A stretch of 32,000 bases of DNA from Sinorhizobium meliloti (lineage in GTDB: Bacteria; Pseudomonadota; Alphaproteobacteria; Rhizobiales; Rhizobiaceae). Shown here in pieces: positions 8,239-16,202 of this stretch (the first letter of the stretch is position 1; the number at the start of each line of letters is the position of its first letter). The translations under genes were made by a program, and so were the position numbers. The stretch covers positions 390,001-422,000 of the forward strand of contig NZ_JAGIOS010000001.1 of the NCBI RefSeq assembly GCF_017876815.1, given 5' to 3'. Under the pieces are notes generated by a model. It saw nothing but the letters and a program-made list of their open reading frames with translations. It ran no database searches and was not told where the DNA came from.

Positions 8239-10071
8239 ATGGAAACGACAACGATAATCTATTCGCAGGCGCTCATGCTGCTTGCCGGCGCCGTGGTCGC
8301 AGCGCCGCTGTTCAAGCGTCTCGGGCTCGGCACCATCCTCGGCTATCTCGCCGCCGGCATCCTGATCGGTCCCGTCGCCCAGCAAATCACGGAAGGTGAA
8401 GAGATCCTGCATGTCTCGGAACTTGGCGTCGTCTTCCTGCTGTTCATCATCGGCCTCGAGCTGAAACCGTCGCGGCTGTGGCAGATGCGGCGCGACATTT
8501 TCGGTCTCGGTACGGCGCAGGTCGTGATCACCGGCGCCGTTCTTTCGTTCCTGATCGCGTTCAGCGGTCTTCTCGAAGGCGCCGGCAGCATCGTCGCCGG
8601 GTTCGGCCTGGCGCTTTCTTCCACGGCCTTCGCCATGCAGATCCTGGAGGAAAACAACGATACCAACACGCGCTACGGCCAACGCGCCTTCTCCATTCTC
8701 CTGCTCCAGGACCTGGCGATCGTGCCTCTGCTTGCCATCATTCCGCTGATGGCGGCGCAAGCGCCGGAGGACACGACCACGCCGCTCGAGGATTTCGCGA
8801 TCGCGATCGCCGCCGTGGCCGCGCTTTTCGCCGCCGGTCGTTATCTCCTCAATCCGCTCTTCCAGGTGATCGCGCGCACGGGAGCGCGCGACGTCATGAT
8901 CGCAGCCGCGCTTCTCGTCGTCATGGGCGCGGCGACCATGATGCAGCTCGCCGGCCTTTCCATGGCGATGGGCGCCTTCCTTGCCGGCGTATTGCTGGCG
9001 GAATCGTCCTATCGTCACGAGCTGGAGGCCGACATCGAGCCTTTCCGCGGTATCCTCCAGGCGCTTTTCTTCATGGCGGTCGGCCTGTCGCTCGAGCTCC
9101 AGGTGGTGGCGGAGAACCTGCTGAGCATCATCATCGCGGTGCCCGTGCTGATGCTGGTGAAGAGTCTGGTCCTTTATGGGCTGTGCCGGGCGACCGGCTC
9201 ACGCCATAACGACGCCGTCCGCATCGGCCTGCTTCTGCCGCAGGGGGGCGAATTCGGCTTCGTGCTCTTTACCGCAGCCGCTGCGGCCGGCGTCTTCTCG
9301 CAAGCCACCTCCTCGCTGCTCGTCGCCATCGTCACGCTCTCCATGGCGTTGACGCCGGTGGCAGCGATGCTCTCCAGGCGGCTGATGCATAAGCAGGACG
9401 AACTGGCCGAGGAAATCGAAGAGGATTTCGAGGGTGCCGGCGCCGGCGCCGACGTGCTGATGATCGGTTTTTCCCGCTTCGCCCAGATCGCTTCGCAGAT
9501 CCTGCTCGCCGGCGGCCGCGACGTAACGATCATCGACCATTCCGCGGCGCGCGTGCGTCAGGCGGCCACATTCGGCTTCCGCATCTATTTCGGCGACGGA
9601 ACACGCCTCGACGTCCTGAGGGCCGCCGGGATAGAGAAGGCGAAGATCGTCGCAGTGTGCACGCAGAAAAAGGAGGTCACGGACAAGATCATCGATCTCG
9701 TCCATGCCGAATACCCGAATGCCCGCATCTTCGCGCGCTCCTACGACCGCCTGCACACGCTGGAACTGCGCGCGCGGGGGGTCGACTACGAACTGCGCGA
9801 GACGTTCGAGTCGGGTCTGCTTTTCGGCCGCAAGACGCTCGAGGCGCTCGGCGTGAACGGCGATGAAGCCATTGGCATCATGGACGATATCCGCCGCCGC
9901 GACGAGGCAAGGCTGGTGCTCCAGGAAGCGGAGGGCATCACCGCCGGCCGCGACATGCTGCATTCAAGGCCCGTCCGGCCGGAACCGCTGGTAAAGCCGA
10001 AGCGTGAAGTCACGCAGCCTGACGACGCTCTGGCGGATCTTGCCGACGAGACGCTGGAAAAGGCGGAGTGA
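8239..10071 (+). CDS. kefB: CPA2-family glutathione-regulated K+ efflux protein (KefB/KefC-like) with C-terminal KTN/TrkA-N domain
   Basis: 610 aa. The N-terminal half is a multi-TM Na+/H+ exchanger-like domain (GYLAAGILIGP, ELGVVFLLFIIGLEL). The KTN domain runs from about VLMIGFSRFAQIASQILL...IIDHS...YFGDGTR. TGA at 10069-10071. Confidence 0.9.
   Translation: METTTIIYSQALMLLAGAVVAAPLFKRLGLGTILGYLAAGILIGPVAQQITEGEEILHVSELGVVFLLFIIGLELKPSRLWQMRRDIFGLGTAQVVITGAVLSFLIAFSGLLEGAGSIVAGFGLALSSTAFAMQILEENNDTNTRYGQRAFSILLLQDLAIVPLLAIIPLMAAQAPEDTTTPLEDFAIAIAAVAALFAAGRYLLNPLFQVIARTGARDVMIAAALLVVMGAATMMQLAGLSMAMGAFLAGVLLAESSYRHELEADIEPFRGILQALFFMAVGLSLELQVVAENLLSIIIAVPVLMLVKSLVLYGLCRATGSRHNDAVRIGLLLPQGGEFGFVLFTAAAAAGVFSQATSSLLVAIVTLSMALTPVAAMLSRRLMHKQDELAEEIEEDFEGAGAGADVLMIGFSRFAQIASQILLAGGRDVTIIDHSAARVRQAATFGFRIYFGDGTRLDVLRAAGIEKAKIVAVCTQKKEVTDKIIDLVHAEYPNARIFARSYDRLHTLELRARGVDYELRETFESGLLFGRKTLEALGVNGDEAIGIMDDIRRRDEARLVLQEAEGITAGRDMLHSRPVRPEPLVKPKREVTQPDDALADLADETLEKAE
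9912..9949 (+). repeat. Direct repeat copy 1 (inside the kefB 3' end)
   Basis: GCTGGTGCTCCAGGAAGCGGAGGGCATCACCGCCGGCC. The last 28 nt (9922-9949) are identical to 10871-10898, and 35 of 38 positions match overall (hand count). Confidence 0.9.
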
Positions 10072-10151
10072 TTTCAGGGCCGACATGACCCCCAGGAAGT
10101 CCGCGTCACCACCCATTGACCGGCCCTGCTGCCGCATATGGACGTGCGTTC

Positions 10152-10180
10152 TGGATATCAATGCGCCATTCTGGTAGAAT
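10152..10180 (+). promoter_or_regulatory. Candidate sigma70-type promoter for vapBC
   Basis: TGGATA (10152-10157), a 17-nt spacer, then TAGAAT (10175-10180) preceded by TGG. TTCTGG occurs twice (about 10149 and 10169). AGGAAG RBS lies 7 nt before the vapB ATG. Confidence 0.35.
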
Positions 10181-10209
10181 ATAGATCGACAGGAACCAGG
10201 AAGCATCTG

Positions 10210-10464
10210 ATGGCGCTGAGCATCAAGGACACTGAAACCGAGCAGCTTGCCCGCACACTTGCCCGGCGGACAGGGGAATCCATCACGCTTGCCACCAAGC
10301 GTGCCCTCGAAGAACGATTGCGCCGAACCGACACCGCTGCCCGGCGCGCGGCTCTTCTGGAGGATCTGGAAGCCATTCAACGCCGCTGGAATGCCATGCC
10401 CGTCCTCGACAGTCGCAGCTCCGATGACATTATCGGTTATGACGAGGATGGACTCCCCTCATAA
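10210..10464 (+). CDS. vapB: Type II antitoxin VapB (Rv0623/PSK_trans_fac-like)
   Basis: Listed ORF 10138..10464. The likely start is Met25, ATG at 10210-10212. MALSIKDTETEQLARTLARRTGESITLATKRALEERL is the characteristic N-terminus of this antitoxin family. The stop TAA overlaps the vapC ATG (TAATG). Confidence 0.85.
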   Translation: MALSIKDTETEQLARTLARRTGESITLATKRALEERLRRTDTAARRAALLEDLEAIQRRWNAMPVLDSRSSDDIIGYDEDGLPS

Positions 10465-10850
10465 TGGTCATCGACACATCCGCCATTGCCGCGATTGCCT
10501 TCAATGAACAGGAGGCCGGAAGTTTCCGCGAAAAAATCGCGGACGACCCGGTTCGGCTCATCTCCGCGGCAACCGCTCTGGAAGCGGCCATGGTAATCGA
10601 AACCCGGTTAGGCGAAGCTGCCGGAGCGGAACTTGATCTTTGGCTTTACAAGGCAAACGTGGAGATTGTTGCGGTAACCGCCGAGCATATGGACCAGGCC
10701 CGCCGTGCCTGGCGCCGTTTCGGCAAAGGCCGTCATCCGGCCGGTTTGAATTTCGGTGATTGTTTTTCCTATGCCCTGGCCTTTCTGACAAATGAACCGC
10801 TTCTCTTCAAGGGAAGCGATTTCTCGCAAACCGATATCCCGGCGGCATAA
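10464..10850 (+). CDS. vapC: Type II toxin VapC (PIN-domain ribonuclease)
   Basis: MVIDTSAIAAI (conserved Asp4), a central Glu in ALEAAMV, then GDCFSYALA...LLFKGSDFSQTDI. This is the typical VapC PIN acidic residue pattern. There is a 1-nt overlap with vapB. Confidence 0.9.
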   Translation: MVIDTSAIAAIAFNEQEAGSFREKIADDPVRLISAATALEAAMVIETRLGEAAGAELDLWLYKANVEIVAVTAEHMDQARRAWRRFGKGRHPAGLNFGDCFSYALAFLTNEPLLFKGSDFSQTDIPAA

Positions 10851-10924
10851 CGCTCGCGCAGCTGGTCCCGCAGGAAGCGGAGGGCATCACCGCCGGCCAA
10901 CAGTTCATTGGCCCCTCACCCTAG
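10851..10924 (+). pseudogene. Displaced or duplicated kefB 3'-terminal fragment
   Basis: It starts immediately after the vapC stop. In the kefB-equivalent frame it reads TLAQLVPQEAEGITAGQQFIGPSP* (TAG at 10922-10924), compared with kefB ...DEARLVLQEAEGITAGRDML. It contains direct repeat copy 2. Confidence 0.5.
10861..10898 (+). repeat. Direct repeat copy 2 (downstream of vapC)
   Basis: GCTGGTCCCGCAGGAAGCGGAGGGCATCACCGCCGGCC. 10871-10898 is identical to 9922-9949, an offset of 949 nt. Confidence 0.9.
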
Positions 10925-11054
10925 CCCTCTCCCCGTTCTGACGGAAAGAGAGGACGTGCCTGATGATACGACGACGGTCATCGTGGCGAAGGCAGTGCTG
11001 CGAGTCCCTTCGCCCCGCCTGCGGGGAGAAGGTGCCGGCAGGCGGATGAGGGGC
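10911..11054. repeat. About 144-bp palindromic REP/MITE-like intergenic element
   Basis: The ends are GCCCCTCACCC...CTCTCCCCG (left) and CGGGGAGAAGGTGCCGGCAGGCGGATGAGGGGC (right), which are imperfect inverted repeats. Internal hairpins are CCTCTC..GAGAGG and CCCCGCctGCGGGG. The GEGAGRRMRG-type pseudo-translation resembles a repeat I recall as common in Rhizobiales. Confidence 0.55.
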
Positions 11055-11078
11055 AGCTGTGGAAGCTCGTGCCCGGCC

Positions 11079-11978
11079 TTATATCCCTTTCCTCCACCGA
11101 TCGATGCGCTCTGCCAGCGCGCGCTTCACCTCGTCCTTGGTCCCGCTGGTGGCGGCAAGCAGTTCCTGGGCGCGCAGGAAATCGAGCACGCGGAACCGTC
11201 CGACATCGGGACGCAGGAGAATATCCGGTGCGCCGGCCTGCATCTTCATGGTGATGATCGACTGCATCATCAACTGGGTCGCGCCGAACAGGCTGTCGAT
11301 ACGGCTCGGGATCGTCTCGCCGTCACCGTCCGGCCCGCCGACGACATCGACGGCGACGACGATATCTGCCAGTCCGCGCAGGTGATCGAAGGGGATCGGA
11401 TTATAGATGCCGCCGTCGATCATCACGCGGCCGTCGATCTTCACCGGCATGAAGACCGCCGGCAGGGCGCAGGAGGCAGCGAGCGCCTTGTAGAGGTCGC
11501 CGCTTTCGCATACCCGCTCCGTCTGCCCGTAATAGTCCGTGACGATGATTTTAAGGGGGAGTGCCAGATCGGAGAAGCGGAGAGGCACCGCCTCGGGCAG
11601 GAAGGCCTTCAGCACGCGCTCTATATTGAACTGGCCGACGCGGAAACCGCTCGCCACAGCCTCGGCAAGACTGGTCGGCCTCAGTCGCCATAGGCGGTTG
11701 AGCACCTCCCCACGCCGGCCGACGGTCGAAAGCACGTGTTCGCGGATTTCCTTCCCGCTCATGCCAGCGGCCACGCCCGCGCCCATGAGGGCGCCGATCG
11801 ACGAACCGGCCACGACTGCGGGGCGGAGCCCCATCTCATCGAGCGCCTCGATGACATGGATGTGGGCAAGTCCCCGCGCACCGCCTCCGCCGAGCGCAAG
11901 CGCGATGGTCGGCTCTCCCTCGCTACCCGCGGCTTTGCGTATCGTGGATAGGTTCTGCTCCATCGCCACCTCCGTCAT
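11079..11978 (-). CDS. Patatin-like phospholipase family protein (RssA-like)
   Basis: Oxyanion motif GGGGARG, nucleophile elbow GSSIG and catalytic Asp motif IDGGIYNPIP. An alternative start is Met6 at 11963; both starts have SD-like sequences. Confidence 0.85.
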   Translation of the reverse strand: MTEVAMEQNLSTIRKAAGSEGEPTIALALGGGGARGLAHIHVIEALDEMGLRPAVVAGSSIGALMGAGVAAGMSGKEIREHVLSTVGRRGEVLNRLWRLRPTSLAEAVASGFRVGQFNIERVLKAFLPEAVPLRFSDLALPLKIIVTDYYGQTERVCESGDLYKALAASCALPAVFMPVKIDGRVMIDGGIYNPIPFDHLRGLADIVVAVDVVGGPDGDGETIPSRIDSLFGATQLMMQSIITMKMQAGAPDILLRPDVGRFRVLDFLRAQELLAATSGTKDEVKRALAERIDRWRKGI

Positions 11979-12050
11979 CGGCCATCCTGCACGACGGGCA
12001 GGCCGAGATCACGCGGAATCTGAGCCGCTCCGGCCGACTTTGCGCCGATC

Positions 12051-12611
12051 TCAGACGCCTCGGAAGCGCAAAAAATGCATCAGCGTGTCGCCGAAGGCGC
12101 GTTCATCGACCGATTCGAAACTTTCGGAAAACTGCGGCCGGACGTCCGCGCGCTCCTCCAGGATTGCAAGGGCACCCGGAACGAGCCAACCGCCGCGGGC
12201 GGCCGCGCTCAGAGCGCGTTCGCCGAGGCCCTTGCCATAGGGCGGATCTGCGAACACCAGATGAAACGGCTCCATCGTCCCGACCGGCCCGAGATCTGTC
12301 GCGTCGCGGCGAAAGATCTTGGCCCGGCCCTGAAGGCCGAGCGCCTCGATATTGATGCGCAGCAGCCCGCGTCCCTCGACCCCTTGCTCGACGAAGAGAA
12401 CCTGCCGGCAACCGCGCGATAGCGCCTCGAGCCCGATGGCCCCCGTGCCCGCGAAAAGATCGAGAACGCGCGTTCCGTCAAGCGCCTCCGGATAGGCGTG
12501 GCTCAGGATGTTGAACAGGCTCTCGCGCGCGCGGTCCGTGGTCGGGCGGATATCGTCCGATTTCGGCGCGGCCAGCGTGCGGCCGCGGAATTCTCCACCG
12601 ACGATGCGCAC
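12051..12611 (-). CDS. rsmD: 16S rRNA (guanine966-N2)-methyltransferase RsmD
   Basis: MRIVGGEFRGRTLAAPKSDDIRPTTDRARESLFNIL, the SAM motif LDLFAGTGAIGLEALSRG and the catalytic DPPYGKG. The GTG start (12609-12611) lies 6 nt after the rluB stop. Confidence 0.9.
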   Translation of the reverse strand: MRIVGGEFRGRTLAAPKSDDIRPTTDRARESLFNILSHAYPEALDGTRVLDLFAGTGAIGLEALSRGCRQVLFVEQGVEGRGLLRINIEALGLQGRAKIFRRDATDLGPVGTMEPFHLVFADPPYGKGLGERALSAAARGGWLVPGALAILEERADVRPQFSESFESVDERAFGDTLMHFLRFRGV

Positions 12612-12617
12612 GGCCGC

Positions 12618-14339
12618 CTACTTCCCCCTGCCCTGCGGCCCCTTGCCCGGCGGCTTACCGCCGCCCGGACGATTGCCGGGCTTGCCGCCACCCGGACGAC
12701 CGCCGGGCTTGCCTTCAGCGGGTCTGCTGCCGGCGGGCTTTCCGGCACGCGGGCCGGACGAACGATGGGCGGCCGGCTTTCCCGAAGCCGGCTTTGCAGC
12801 AACCGGTTTTCCGCCGGCACTCGCGCGTGGCCGGTCGCCGGCAAAGCTCTTCTTGCCGTCGCCACGCGGCGGCCGAGCGCTCTCCTTGCGTCCTTCGGAC
12901 GAGGTGCGGTCGTCGGCCGGGCGGACCGCTCGCTCGCCATTGGGCCGGCGCGGCGGACGGTCGCCATGGTCGCGGGATTTCCGCTCCGCGCTTTCGAGCG
13001 GGCGACGCCTCTCGAAGCCGCCGGCGCCCGCGGCGTCCTTGCGACCGGCGGATTTACCCGCCTTGCCCTGGCGTTCCGCATCGAAACCGCCCGCTTTCGC
13101 CGCAGCGTCCTTCGGGCGGTCGCGGCGTTTACCTTCCGCAGGCGCGCGCCGCGCCCCCTTCGGCGACAGGTCGTCCTCCGCTGCCTTCGGCTTTTTCTCG
13201 ACGGTCGGACGCGCACCCGGCGCCATCCAGACGTTGGAAGAGCGGTTACGCCGGACTGGCGGGCGCGCCGGACGCTCCTCCGGCTTCCCGCGGCTGCGGC
13301 CGCGTTCGCTCGGGCGACCATCGTCGCGGCGGGTATCGAGGCGGGCAAGAGCACGCTCGCGCTTGTCCTCGGCCTTCTCGCGCTTGCTGCCCCATTCCGC
13401 CTTGCCGTGATCGGCGGGCTCCGCTTCGGGCTCGGCAGCAGCCGGCTGGTCGTTATAGATCGGCGCGTCGAAATTCGCCTTGGAGTCGGCTATCAGCCGT
13501 GGCCCTAGCTGTTCGCGCAGCGTGCGGCCGCGTATTTCCTGAACCTGGCCGATCGGCAGCTCGCCGAGCTGGAACGGACCGTAGGAGATGCGGATCAGCC
13601 GGTTGACGTCGAGGCCGAGCGCGCCGAGGACATTCTTGATCTCACGGTTCTTGCCTTCCCGCAGGCCCATGGTGATCCAGACGTTCGAACCTTGCACCCG
13701 ATCCAGCGTCGCCTCGATCGCTCCGTAAAGGACGCCGTCTACCGCGATGCCTTCCTTCAGACGGTCGAGCGCCTCCTGATCGATTTCCCCGTGCGCCCGC
13801 ACGCGGTAGCGGCGCAGCCAGCCGGTCGACGGCAGCTCGAGCACGCGCGCAAGCCCGCCGTCGTTCGTCAGGAGCAGCAGGCCCTCGGTATTGATGTCGA
13901 GGCGACCGACCGACAGAACGCGCGGCAGTTCTTCGGGCAGGTTCTCGAAGACCGTCGGACGGCCTTCCGGATCGGCATTGGTCGTCACGAGGCCGCCCGG
14001 CTTGTGATAGAGCCAGAGACGCGTCCGTTCGATGCCGCGGATCGGATGGCCGTCGACCTCGATCCTGTCGGCGAGCGTCGCATTGACGACCGGCGTGTCG
14101 AGCACGACGCCATTAAGGCTCACCCGCCCTTCCATGATCATCCTCTCGACGTCGCGACGCGATGCGACGCCTGCGCGTGACAGGATCTTCGAAATGCGCT
14201 GCGGCTCGTCCGCACCGGCGGGCGCCGCCGGACCACTGCCGGCTGCCCGTGCCGCTGGCTTCTCGCTGCCGGAATGAGGTTTCTTGTCGCGACCCTTGGC
14301 CTTGCCGCCGGGCCTCGTGGGCTTGTCTTTGGATGTCAT
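12618..14339 (-). CDS. rluB: 23S rRNA pseudouridine synthase RluB-like, with long basic low-complexity N- and C-terminal extensions
   Basis: S4 domain (RISKILSRAGVASRRDVERMI). RsuA/RluB catalytic motif VGRLDINTEGLLLLTNDG. Residues from about 285 to 573 are Arg/Lys/Gly/Pro/Ala-rich, ending PGGRPGGGKPGNRPGGGKPPGKGPQGRGK. Confidence 0.9.
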   Translation of the reverse strand: MTSKDKPTRPGGKAKGRDKKPHSGSEKPAARAAGSGPAAPAGADEPQRISKILSRAGVASRRDVERMIMEGRVSLNGVVLDTPVVNATLADRIEVDGHPIRGIERTRLWLYHKPGGLVTTNADPEGRPTVFENLPEELPRVLSVGRLDINTEGLLLLTNDGGLARVLELPSTGWLRRYRVRAHGEIDQEALDRLKEGIAVDGVLYGAIEATLDRVQGSNVWITMGLREGKNREIKNVLGALGLDVNRLIRISYGPFQLGELPIGQVQEIRGRTLREQLGPRLIADSKANFDAPIYNDQPAAAEPEAEPADHGKAEWGSKREKAEDKRERALARLDTRRDDGRPSERGRSRGKPEERPARPPVRRNRSSNVWMAPGARPTVEKKPKAAEDDLSPKGARRAPAEGKRRDRPKDAAAKAGGFDAERQGKAGKSAGRKDAAGAGGFERRRPLESAERKSRDHGDRPPRRPNGERAVRPADDRTSSEGRKESARPPRGDGKKSFAGDRPRASAGGKPVAAKPASGKPAAHRSSGPRAGKPAGSRPAEGKPGGRPGGGKPGNRPGGGKPPGKGPQGRGK

Positions 14340-14413
14340 TTGTGTTGCCTGCCTTTTGCGGCTGTCCTATCAGGTCGTAGGCCGTGGGTTAAGAGGAAAT
14401 TGTCGAACGAACA

Positions 14414-14863
14414 ATGGCAGAAACGGCGCGCTTCATGCAGGCGGCCCTTCAGGAGGCCCGAAAAGCGGCGGCACGCGGCGAAGTGCCGATCGGCGCCGTC
14501 GTCGTGCTCGACGGCAAGATGATCGCCGCTGCAGGAAACCGCACCCGCGAACTCAACGACATCACCGCCCATGCGGAGATCGAGGCCATCCGCCACGCCG
14601 CGGCGGCCGTCGGCGACGAGCGTCTTTCGGGAGCCGACCTCTATGTCACTCTCGAGCCCTGCACCATGTGTGCGGCCGCGATCTCCTTCGCTCGCATCCG
14701 CCGCCTCTATTATGGCGCGGAGGATCCGAAAGGCGGCGCGGTCGACAACGGCGTCAGGTTCTATGCTTCTCCCACCTGCCACCACGTGCCGGATGTCTAT
14801 TCCGGTCTTGCCGAGCGGGAGGCCGCCGACATTCTGCGCGAATTCTTCGCCGGCCGGCGTTAA
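14414..14863 (+). CDS. tadA: tRNA adenosine(34) deaminase TadA
   Basis: CDA-fold zinc motifs HAEIEAI and LEPCTMCAAAI, followed by RIRRLYYGAEDPKGGA. Confidence 0.9.
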   Translation: MAETARFMQAALQEARKAAARGEVPIGAVVVLDGKMIAAAGNRTRELNDITAHAEIEAIRHAAAAVGDERLSGADLYVTLEPCTMCAAAISFARIRRLYYGAEDPKGGAVDNGVRFYASPTCHHVPDVYSGLAEREAADILREFFAGRR

Positions 14864-14906
14864 AAGCACTTCGGGGTAGCGTTTTCCCCGGGGAGCGCGT
14901 GAAGTG

Positions 14907-15386
14907 TCAGTCCGCTGCGAACGCTTCCAGCCCCTTGCCGGCGAGCCGGTAACGCGTCCATTCCGACATGGGCTCCGCCCCGACGGCCTCATAGACGCGG
15001 ATGGCGGGCTCGTTCCAGTCAAGCACGCTCCATTCGAAGCGGCCGCAGCCTTCCGCGACTGCCGTCCGCGCCAGGTGCTTCAGGAGCGCCTTGCCGGCGC
15101 CCGAGCCCCTAAACTCCGGCGAGACGTAAAGATCCTCCAGATAAAGCCCCTTGCGCGCCTGCCAGGTGGAATAGCTGTAGAACCAGATGGCAAAGCCCGC
15201 GGGCTTGCCGTCCGCTTCGCAGATCACGGCGCGCGCGACGGCATCGGCTCCGAAGAGCGACTCGTGCACGCGCTCGACGGTCGCCTCGACCTCGTGCGGC
15301 GCCTTTTCATAAGTTGCGAGTTCCGTAATGAAACGGAGGATCGTCGCAGCGTCACCGGGAACGGCATCGCGAATGCTGATAGCCAT
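14907..15386 (-). CDS. GNAT family N-acetyltransferase
   Basis: 159 aa. Acetyl-CoA binding motif A region is LYVSPEFRGSGAGKALLKHL. The overall layout is SSAT/diamine-acetyltransferase-like. Confidence 0.85.
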   Translation of the reverse strand: MAISIRDAVPGDAATILRFITELATYEKAPHEVEATVERVHESLFGADAVARAVICEADGKPAGFAIWFYSYSTWQARKGLYLEDLYVSPEFRGSGAGKALLKHLARTAVAEGCGRFEWSVLDWNEPAIRVYEAVGAEPMSEWTRYRLAGKGLEAFAAD

Positions 15387-15448
15387 GGCTTAGGACCAAT
15401 TCCAAAACTTGGATGCGAGCGGAACCGCGCGCACTTTCTCATTCCGCT

Positions 15449-16069
15449 CTAAAACGGCCAGTACCACTTGCTTCCGGAGTTCTTGATCTGCGCCTCCTTC
15501 TTGCGGCGGCGCTCCTTGTCCTTCTCCGGTTCCCCGAGATCGACTTCGGAGCCCTCCGGCAGTCGACGGTATTCGAGCGGCGGGTCGCTCAGGAAGCGGC
15601 GCTTGTCCGAGTAGGCGCCCTGCTCGATCTTACGCGCCTGGCGATAGGCCTCCTGCTGCTCCTTGGCGGAAAGGCGGCGGCCGTTGGCATTCGCTTTTGC
15701 CAGCGGCGAGACGTAGTTGGGATCGTTCTTGTTGGCGTCCGCCTCGTCGCGCAGACGCGCGCGCGTCTCTTCGGGAGACTCGACCCAGGCCGGGTTGGCC
15801 TCGCGGCTTGCAAGCGACTGCTGCGGCTCGACAAGAGCGGTCTGCTGCTGTTGCGGCGGCAGCACCAAACCGGGGCGCGGCTGATACTTGACCGGATCCT
15901 TCTTCGCGGGAGCGAGGCTGACCGCGCTGCCGAGATCGTCGAGCAAATGCTCGCCAGCCGTCTTGTCCGTGCCATAGGTCGGGCCGCCGATGCAGCCGGA
16001 AAGCACCAGGCCTCCCGCCAGGATGGCGGCAATGCCGGCGGCCAATCGCAACTCTCGCGTCATTCCCAT
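15449..16069 (-). CDS. Lipoprotein, DUF3035 / BamF-like
   Basis: Listed ORF 15449..16111. The likely start is Met15 (ATG 16067-16069), with AAGGA 5 nt upstream. The signal peptide has lipobox LSGC. The protein is charged and Gln/Pro-rich with a DPPLEYRRLP motif that I associate with DUF3035; the family assignment is from memory. Confidence 0.7.
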   Translation of the reverse strand: MGMTRELRLAAGIAAILAGGLVLSGCIGGPTYGTDKTAGEHLLDDLGSAVSLAPAKKDPVKYQPRPGLVLPPQQQQTALVEPQQSLASREANPAWVESPEETRARLRDEADANKNDPNYVSPLAKANANGRRLSAKEQQEAYRQARKIEQGAYSDKRRFLSDPPLEYRRLPEGSEVDLGEPEKDKERRRKKEAQIKNSGSKWYWPF

Positions 16070-16202
16070 GAGATTCCTTCCAGCCGGCCGCGTCTCGCAT
16101 GATGCGGCCATTCAGCGCCCCATGGCGGAAAAATCCGCCAAATTTCGGGCAGGTTTTACCGGATGAAGAGCCTGAGTGCAATTCACCCGGTAAACCGATC
16201 GA

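Noticed and set aside
11079-11978. The patatin-like lipase next to a TA module, considered as a possible CBASS/defence effector (CapV-like).
   Set aside because: No cyclase, sensor or other defence genes are adjacent. Its neighbours are rsmD and rluB in an apparently conserved housekeeping string, so it looks like an ordinary RssA-type lipase.
12498-13606. Four overlapping 270-336-aa ORFs on both strands within the rluB 3' half.
   Set aside because: They are Arg/Pro/Ala/Gly/Ser-rich low-complexity products of the same repetitive GC-rich DNA that encodes the RluB tail. The RluB frame is the only one contiguous with a recognisable catalytic domain.
14872-14890. The hairpin CGGGGtagcgttttCCCCG between convergent tadA and the GNAT gene, considered as a bidirectional terminator.
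   Set aside because: The stem is short (5 bp) and there is no U-tract on either strand. That is insufficient to call a terminator.
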